From a virus: DNA of 40,398 bases. The stretch's first letter is position 1; each line of letters begins with the position of its first letter. The notes beneath the pieces were generated by a model. That model did no database searches. It was not told the origin of the DNA and saw only the letters and a program-made list of their open reading frames with translations. Made by a program: the position numbers and the translations under genes. Shown one piece after another: positions 8,534-14,230 of the stretch. The stretch lies in UHGV virus genome UHGV-0331319. One strand, written 5' to 3'.

Positions 8534-8733
8534 GCGTCCTCCTTCTTTTCATCTGCAAAGTACTCCACCGGAACGCCGAAATACTTTGCCAGGATTAACA
8601 ACTTGTCAAACTTTGGTTTACTACGGCCATTTTTCCAGTCAGATAGAACAGATTGAGCGATTCCTGTCTCTTTAGATACTTGATAAGACGTTTTGTTACT
8701 TTTCTCTAACAAATCAGCAAATTTTTTGTACAA
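8530..8733 (-). CDS. Cro-like XRE-family HTH regulator, 67 aa
   Basis: SYQVSKETGIAQSVLSDWKNGRSKPKFDKLLILAKYFGV; divergent from the CI-like gene across an operator region. Confidence 0.7.
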   Translation of the reverse strand: MYKKFADLLEKSNKTSYQVSKETGIAQSVLSDWKNGRSKPKFDKLLILAKYFGVPVEYFADEKKEDA

Positions 8734-8950
8734 AACTACACCGCCTTTCTTTAATATAACTGTTGAAAATACTACGGAAATGTGATATGCTTTGTTTACC
8801 AGACGAAGTAAATAACATTTCCGCAGCGTGCAAAGGTTTTGTAACGCAATTCCTTTGTATGCTCATACTATACTATGCATTTCCGATAATGTCAATAGTA
8901 TTTTTCGGTTTTTCATAGTATTGTCTGCGGTTTGTGAAAGGTGGACAATT
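8734..8950. promoter_or_regulatory. divergent lysogeny-switch control region between the cro-like and cI-like genes, with repeated operator-like half-sites
   Basis: ACATTTCCG at 8816-8824 and 8878-8886, with an inverted copy CGGAAATGT at 8771-8779; several ATAGTAT/ATACTAT copies; TTGAAA-17-TATGCT promoter-like element near 8756-8784. Confidence 0.5.
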
Positions 8951-9376
8951 ATGTATGAAATTTTTGAACAATTATTACAAAAGAATAGCGTAACGGCCTA
9001 CAAAGTGTCGAAAGAAACTGGAGTCACACAATCTACGCTTAGCGACTGGAAACGTGGACGAAGCACTCCAAAAAGTGACAATATGAAAAAAATAGCTGAT
9101 TATTTTGGTGTAAGCGTGGATTATCTCATGACTGGAAAAGACGAACCCAAGCAAAAAGCCCCTGAACTTAATGCACGGGATGAACGAGACATAGCAAAAG
9201 ACCTGAATAATATTATGCAAAAACTCACTTCTGGAGAGGCGGGGCCCGCCAGTTACGATGGTGAAGAGCTCGATCCTGAAGCTGCGGAGTTGTTCCGGGA
9301 CGAACTGGAGATAGCCCTTCGCCGTTTGAAAATCATAAATAAAGAAAAATATACTCCCAAGAAATACAAAAAGTAG
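8951..9376 (+). CDS. CI-like XRE-family HTH repressor, 141 aa
   Basis: AAGGTGG RBS + ATG; VTAYKVSKETGVTQSTLSDWKRGRSTPKSDNMKKIADYFGVSVDYL; immediately followed by an ImmA-type protease gene. Confidence 0.7.
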   Translation: MYEIFEQLLQKNSVTAYKVSKETGVTQSTLSDWKRGRSTPKSDNMKKIADYFGVSVDYLMTGKDEPKQKAPELNARDERDIAKDLNNIMQKLTSGEAGPASYDGEELDPEAAELFRDELEIALRRLKIINKEKYTPKKYKK

Positions 9377-9385
9377 GTGACGTTT

Positions 9386-9820
9386 ATGGGAGAAATCGAA
9401 CAAATAAAACGTCTTGTTGCGTATTACAAAGGAAATTATGCTACAAATGACCCTTTTGAAATTGCCGACCGCATAGGAGTCCTCTATCAGATAGGTAATT
9501 GTAAGCATGAGGGCTGTTACATGTTTCTGAAAAACCATCGGTATATATTTCTCAGCAACAAATTAAAAGGGATTGAACTAAAAGTTGTTATGGCTCACGA
9601 ATTAGCCCATGCCATTTTTGACAGAAAAGAAAACTGTTATTTTATTCGCAATAAAACTTTGTTGCTTAATTCTAAAACAGAACGTAGAGCAAATCGGTTC
9701 GCGGCGTATCTTTTGATTGATGATGATCTGTTAGAGTATTATGAGAATTACACAAAAGAACAGTTTTGCGACTGTACGGGATTCCCTAAAGAGTTAATTG
9801 AACTGAGGTTAAGACAATGA
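9386..9820 (+). CDS. ImmA/IrrE-family zinc metallopeptidase (anti-repressor protease)
   Basis: HEXXH motif (MAHELAHAIFD); ATG after AGGTGA; paired with the upstream XRE-HTH gene. Confidence 0.75.
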   Translation: MGEIEQIKRLVAYYKGNYATNDPFEIADRIGVLYQIGNCKHEGCYMFLKNHRYIFLSNKLKGIELKVVMAHELAHAIFDRKENCYFIRNKTLLLNSKTERRANRFAAYLLIDDDLLEYYENYTKEQFCDCTGFPKELIELRLRQ

Positions 9821-10887
9821 ACATTTTTACTTTTTTCAAGAACAGATGCAATAGCAATAAAAAAGACAATGTATTATCAGAGACATCAACCATTGATAGC
9901 TTTAATAATATTATAAAGCATAACTTGGAAGAACCTCTAGGTATCATTACAAACTATTCTCAAGACGGCTATGTATTAAGTAACATGGAGAATATTTTAG
10001 TTCCTCAAGCCATGGAAGAATGCCAAACAGATTTTATAAACACTCTGATTAAATTTAATTCTCCAGCTACGCTAAAATTAGTGCTTTTTGATAGTAGTTC
10101 TATTGTTTATAATATTTACAATCCAATTCCGCATATGTTAATTCCAGTTATGACGAACACAGATCTATGGGCTCGTGTGCTTGCTTTTGTATGCTCAGAA
10201 ATCCAAGATAGAACATACAAATTTTTAGAGGTGGAAGCCAAAAATGTTGATAACTATAATAAAATAATCCATTCTGCAGGTGGAGAACAGTTACCCAAAA
10301 TTGTAATTATTGTGAACGAAATTCATGATTTACCAAATACTGCCGAAGATAGTTTATTGCAACTGCTTTTGAAATCTAACCGTGTAGGAATATATTTAGT
10401 TTTATTTTCTAAATTTAGCATTAAAAATCTAGCACTTGGTATAAAAATGGATCTATTAAAAGTATACAGCGGCAGCCAGTTAAATCAGGTATTTAATTTG
10501 ACTAATCAATTATCCGATAATAAGCAAATTAATCTTTCATATGACAACATGGATGGTCATCAGTTCGAGTATTTTTGTGCAACTCTTCTCAAAAAAAATG
10601 GTTTTGTAAACGTCTCTGTTACCCAAGGAAGTGGCGACCACGGTATTGATATTCTAGCAGAGAAAGATGGAATAACTTATGCTATCCAATGTAAATGTTA
10701 CCAATCAGATATAGGAAATTCAGCTATACAGGAAGCTCATTCGGGAAAAGGCATATATAAAAGAGATATTGCCGTTGTTATGACTAACAGATATTTTACT
10801 AAGCAAGCTATAAATGATGCCAATGCTCTTGGCGTAAAATTATGGGATCGAACACAATTAGAAAAGTTTGTAAACAACTCTAAATAA
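9817..10887 (+). CDS. Mrr-type PD-(D/E)xK restriction-endonuclease-domain protein with an N-terminal degenerate FtsK/SpoIIIE-like domain, 356 aa
   Basis: C-terminal GHQFEYFCATLLKKNGF...GSGDHGIDILAEKDG...AIQCKCYQ matches the Mrr catalytic-domain pattern; central LPKIVIIVNEIHDL...LLQLLLKSNRVGIYLVLFSKFS resembles the Walker-B/arginine-finger/ATQRP blocks of FtsK-like ATPases, but no Walker A is visible; strongly AT-rich relative to neighbouring genes. Confidence 0.65.
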   Translation: MNIFTFFKNRCNSNKKDNVLSETSTIDSFNNIIKHNLEEPLGIITNYSQDGYVLSNMENILVPQAMEECQTDFINTLIKFNSPATLKLVLFDSSSIVYNIYNPIPHMLIPVMTNTDLWARVLAFVCSEIQDRTYKFLEVEAKNVDNYNKIIHSAGGEQLPKIVIIVNEIHDLPNTAEDSLLQLLLKSNRVGIYLVLFSKFSIKNLALGIKMDLLKVYSGSQLNQVFNLTNQLSDNKQINLSYDNMDGHQFEYFCATLLKKNGFVNVSVTQGSGDHGIDILAEKDGITYAIQCKCYQSDIGNSAIQEAHSGKGIYKRDIAVVMTNRYFTKQAINDANALGVKLWDRTQLEKFVNNSK

Positions 10888-10898
10888 CTCAGAAAGCA

Positions 10899-10937
10899 AA
10901 AAAGCCCCAGGAGCCGCAAACTCCCAAGGCTTTTCAC
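10899..10937 (+). terminator. candidate rho-independent terminator downstream of the Mrr-like gene
   Basis: aaaagcc ... ggctttt outer stem with an inner GGAG/CTCC stem, followed by a T-run. Confidence 0.35.
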
Positions 10938-11065
10938 ATAGATTTCTCTTACTGGGTACGCCCCAGAAGATACAGATTTGTTGGACAAACAAATTATATC
11001 ATTCCTGGAGCGTCCTGGCAAGAGGCGTATTTTTTATACTCATTTTGAGATAGGAGGAATGATAT

Positions 11066-12271
11066 ATGGGACAACTGAGAACACGCAAACGCGGATCCAC
11101 CTGGGAATGGTCCTTTGAAGGCGCCAGGATCAATGGTAAGCGCAACCCGATCAGCCAGGGAGGATATCGCACCAAAGGTGACGCGATCACTGCCGGCACC
11201 CAGGCTAAAGCCGAATACGATAACGCTGGGCGAAGGTTTACACCCTCAGACATCAGTGTTTCGGATTATTTGGATTATTGGTACGAAAATTACGTCAAAA
11301 CAAACCTGGCACACAACACCCAGGTAAGCTACGAGCGTTTACTTCGCGTCCACCTTAAACCTACTTTTGGGAAATACCGGCTTTCAGCGTTGGAAACCGA
11401 TGTTATTCAGAAATGGGTGGACGGCATGAAGCGCCAAGGCTATTCCAAGAGCATGGTCAAAAATACGCTGTCCTGCCTGTCTGGCGCCCTGGGGTACGCC
11501 GTATACCCCTGTAGATATATCAAGTATAATCCCTGCGATTATGCCAAACTCCCCAAAATTGCTGTGTCTGAGGAGACCAAGGCGCACACGGAATATATCT
11601 GTGGCAAAGAGGACTGGACTGCTATCATTGACCGGTTCGGCCCAGACAGCAATTTCTACCTTCCACTTATGACCGGGTATCACTGTGGTACCCGGCTTGG
11701 GGAGACCTATGGCATTGATCTGCTGCATGATGTGGACCTTGACAACCACGCCATAACCATCCGGCATCAGTTGTCCAATGAGGGCGGGAAATGGTACTAT
11801 AGGCCACCAAAATATAATTCCGTACGGACAATAAAGATCCTGCCAGAGTATGAAAGCATCCTGAGGGCTGAAATCCATGAACGCAAAAAGAACATGCTGC
11901 GGTATGGCCAGTACTTTACCCGATCCTACCAAATGGATGATGGTCTAATCTTCCAGGCTCCCGCCAATGTCCAGATTACAGGAACGGAGATTATGCCGAT
12001 CAGCACTAAGGAGAATGGCGAGTTGCTAACCCCCTACTCTTTTAAATACTGTGCCAAGGTCATCCATGAGGAATTGGAAAACCCATTATTCCACAGCCAC
12101 TGCCTACGCCACACACACGGCACGCTGTTGGCAGAGAATGGAGCCCAGCCCAAAACAGTCATGGAACGCCTGGGCCACAAGGACATCAAGACTACCATGA
12201 ACCGTTATGTATTCAACACGGAAAAGATGCAAAACAATGCCATGGTAATTCTGGCAGATGCCATATCGTAG
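11066..12271 (+). CDS. tyrosine-type site-specific integrase, 401 aa
   Basis: C-terminal HCLRHTHGTLLAENG ... LGHKDIKTTMNRYVF (R-H-R-Y catalytic signature); N-terminal arm-binding-like domain; GGAGGAATGATAT-ATG start. Confidence 0.85.
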   Translation: MGQLRTRKRGSTWEWSFEGARINGKRNPISQGGYRTKGDAITAGTQAKAEYDNAGRRFTPSDISVSDYLDYWYENYVKTNLAHNTQVSYERLLRVHLKPTFGKYRLSALETDVIQKWVDGMKRQGYSKSMVKNTLSCLSGALGYAVYPCRYIKYNPCDYAKLPKIAVSEETKAHTEYICGKEDWTAIIDRFGPDSNFYLPLMTGYHCGTRLGETYGIDLLHDVDLDNHAITIRHQLSNEGGKWYYRPPKYNSVRTIKILPEYESILRAEIHERKKNMLRYGQYFTRSYQMDDGLIFQAPANVQITGTEIMPISTKENGELLTPYSFKYCAKVIHEELENPLFHSHCLRHTHGTLLAENGAQPKTVMERLGHKDIKTTMNRYVFNTEKMQNNAMVILADAIS

Positions 12272-12618
12272 CGATCTTGCCTACCGTTTAAAAAAGGGTA
12301 GGCAAGGGGTAGGCAAGGCAACCACTCAGAGCGGATAAATGGCCCGTCACCCCTTGATTTTACGTGATAATTTCACAACAGTTTCCACATGATTCGTTTA
12401 TTGATATCCAACCACGTACTAGCATATTTTTGCGCATTTTGCCATAAAACACCCCCTGTTTTAAAGGATTTAAGAGAGACTTTTATACATATTGGCACAT
12501 ACACACACATGTTGGCATATATTAACACATGCGCAGGGTAGACAAATGGTAGACATTGCCTACCAAATAGCGAAAGGCGGGCCCGGTCACACATCACCGG
12601 TACCCGCCTCGTTACATT
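12272..12618. other. candidate attP: about 350 bp non-coding region with six arm-type repeats GGTAG(G/A)CA
   Basis: direct copies at 12297-12307, 12308-12318, 12537-12545 and 12548-12555; inverted copies at 12276-12285 and 12557-12564; A-tract and TTGGCA(C/T)AT repeats between them; immediately 3' of int. Confidence 0.45.
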
Positions 12619-12834
12619 TTAGTTTGACCGTGGACATGGACGCCTATTCCATCTCCCGTCTTCAAATCCTACTCTATAACCATCATTAAAACCTTCCCGA
12701 TATGCCCAACGCCTCTCATTGGCGCACGGGTCCCAATTGTTACCCCAGTTTCCGCCCCAGTTATTTCCTCCACCAGAACTGAACCACCACGGGCAGCAAC
12801 AGCAGCATCTACAGCAACATCTACAGCAACACAT
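12619..12834 (-). CDS. extremely Cys-rich small protein, 71 aa (MCCCRCCCRCCCCC... followed by a Gly/Asn/Trp-rich repeat)
   Basis: strong AGGAGGAG RBS 6 nt before ATG; 16 Cys in total, 11 in the first 14 residues; GGGNNWGGNWGNNW repeat. Confidence 0.55.
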   Translation of the reverse strand: MCCCRCCCRCCCCCPWWFSSGGGNNWGGNWGNNWDPCANERRWAYREGFNDGYRVGFEDGRWNRRPCPRSN

Positions 12835-12893
12835 TCTTTTCTCCTCCTCTAATATAGTTTGTACTATATTATATGGGACAGATAGACAAGGTG

Positions 12894-13040
12894 TTACTGC
12901 TTCCTTTCTTCCTGTATCCTCCTCCAGATTTCCTCAAACTCACCCGGATCCGGCTTCGGAATGACATCATCCGGGACGTGATCCCTGGCCCATTCATACT
13001 CTTTCAACAGTTCTTCATCAGATTCTTTCAGCTTCTCCAT
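12894..13040 (-). CDS. small acidic protein, 48 aa, upstream partner of the Cys-rich gene
   Basis: AGGATGGGAG RBS + ATG; MEKLKESDEELLKEYEWARDHVPDDVIPKPDPGEFEEIWRRIQEERKQ; same strand, about 60 bp upstream of the Cys-rich gene; below the ORF-track size cut-off. Confidence 0.4.
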   Translation of the reverse strand: MEKLKESDEELLKEYEWARDHVPDDVIPKPDPGEFEEIWRRIQEERKQ

Positions 13041-13107
13041 ATCTCCCATCCTTTCTTTTCTGTTTTATTTTAATAATATCACAGATTGGGGTCTAAAAAC
13101 AGAACCT

Positions 13108-13135
13108 TTGGTTATATTAATCCTACATCTATAAT
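13108..13135 (+). promoter_or_regulatory. sigma-A-like promoter (TTGGTT, 16-nt spacer, TATAAT) driving the plus-strand HTH gene
   Basis: -35 at 13108-13113, -10 at 13130-13135, start codon at 13163. Confidence 0.4.
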
Positions 13136-13162
13136 TGGATTATAAAGGTCAAGGGTGATGAA

Positions 13163-13369
13163 ATGATTAAATATGACAAGCTGTGGAAGACCATGAAAGA
13201 TAAAGGGATCACCCAGTATATGCTGGTGAAAGAGTATAATATCAGTAAATCATTGCTGCACAGATTAAGAAATAACCAAGGGGTAAACATGAATACCATT
13301 GATACCCTGTGTGACATACTGGATTGCGATATTGAAGATATAGCAACGCATTACAACAGCGAGGAATAA
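13163..13369 (+). CDS. XRE-family HTH transcriptional regulator, 68 aa
   Basis: ITQYMLVKEYNISKSLLHRLRNNQGVNMNTIDTLCDIL; AAGGGTGATGAA-ATG start; opposite orientation to the flanking genes. Confidence 0.6.
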   Translation: MIKYDKLWKTMKDKGITQYMLVKEYNISKSLLHRLRNNQGVNMNTIDTLCDILDCDIEDIATHYNSEE

Positions 13370-13390
13370 TCCCCGCTGTCTTTTTTATTA
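13352..13390. terminator. weak bidirectional terminator candidate between the convergent HTH and endolysin genes
   Basis: cagcg ... cgctg 5-bp stem followed by tctttttta. Confidence 0.3.
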
Positions 13391-14230
13391 CTCTCCCAGC
13401 CCCGGCCACCGCAGCGCCCCGTCCTGATCGGGTGTCAACACCACCGGATCCATGGACAACTTGCCGTCCTGGTCCAGATAATACCACTTTCCGCCACTGG
13501 CCTGCAGCCCCTTGACCATGGCTCCATCAGCCCCCAGGTAGTACCAGTCACCCTTGTACTGATACCAGGTGTTGATCACCATGCGACCGGCGCCGTCAAA
13601 CCAGTACCACTTACCGTCTGTATCCAGGTACCAGCTGTTGCGCACACAATCTCCTGTGTTGCCCAGGTAAAAGCTTCGGGATCCATCTTCATTCTGTCTC
13701 CATCCTGATAATTTAGGTTCCTCCGGCTCCGTCACTGCATCATCCTGTATGTATCGTTTTACAGCCACCAGGCCCTTACGCCAGCCCCCAGACGCCCAGG
13801 AGTTATACCGGCTCTTGCAGTAGGCCACCAGATCTTTGTAGGACGGTCTTCCGCTGCCATGTCCGCAGATAATACCATCTCCACAGTACATCTCCACATG
13901 GCCGATCCGCTTTGGCCTGCTGGCATCCGTACCGGCAAACAGCAGCATGTCCCCTGGTCGTAACCGGGACGTGTCAGGGATGCCCTGGGCTATATCCGCA
14001 TCCACTGTGGTCAGTTTGGTAGAGTTGTACATGCCTGCGGTGTTTGTGATCCCGAAGCCTTGCCCTGCCTGCTGATAAGCGTAGCAGATGGAGCTGCTGC
14101 AATCACTGTAATAGTTGCCGTCCTTGTATGCCTTATAGCAGTAATCCCGTAAGGACTGGCTGTATATGTTGCGGCCTATGATCTCTGCATACTTGTCGAT
14201 CACGGCCTGTCTCCTTAATAATGCTGTCAT
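13388..14230 (-). CDS. endolysin: NlpC/P60-type (Cys/His) peptidase domain plus C-terminal choline-binding-type cell-wall-binding repeats
   Basis: catalytic Cys (YSDCSSSICYAY) and His (IGHVEMY) blocks; C-terminal aromatic repeats GKWYWFDGAGRMV / GDWYYLGADGAMV / GKWYYLDQDGKL. Confidence 0.8.
   Translation of the reverse strand: MTALLRRQAVIDKYAEIIGRNIYSQSLRDYCYKAYKDGNYYSDCSSSICYAYQQAGQGFGITNTAGMYNSTKLTTVDADIAQGIPDTSRLRPGDMLLFAGTDASRPKRIGHVEMYCGDGIICGHGSGRPSYKDLVAYCKSRYNSWASGGWRKGLVAVKRYIQDDAVTEPEEPKLSGWRQNEDGSRSFYLGNTGDCVRNSWYLDTDGKWYWFDGAGRMVINTWYQYKGDWYYLGADGAMVKGLQASGGKWYYLDQDGKLSMDPVVLTPDQDGALRWPGLGE

Noticed and set aside
12276-12307. Inverted repeat cttgcctacc / ggtaggcaag after int as a rho-independent terminator
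   Set aside because: A 10-bp stem is present but there is no downstream U-tract. The same motif recurs four more times nearby, favouring integrase arm sites.
12373-12689. ORFs 12373-12597 (-) and 12492-12689 (+) inside the int-lysis intergenic region
   Set aside because: The region is better explained as attP (arm-type repeats). The ORFs lack RBSs and have odd composition.
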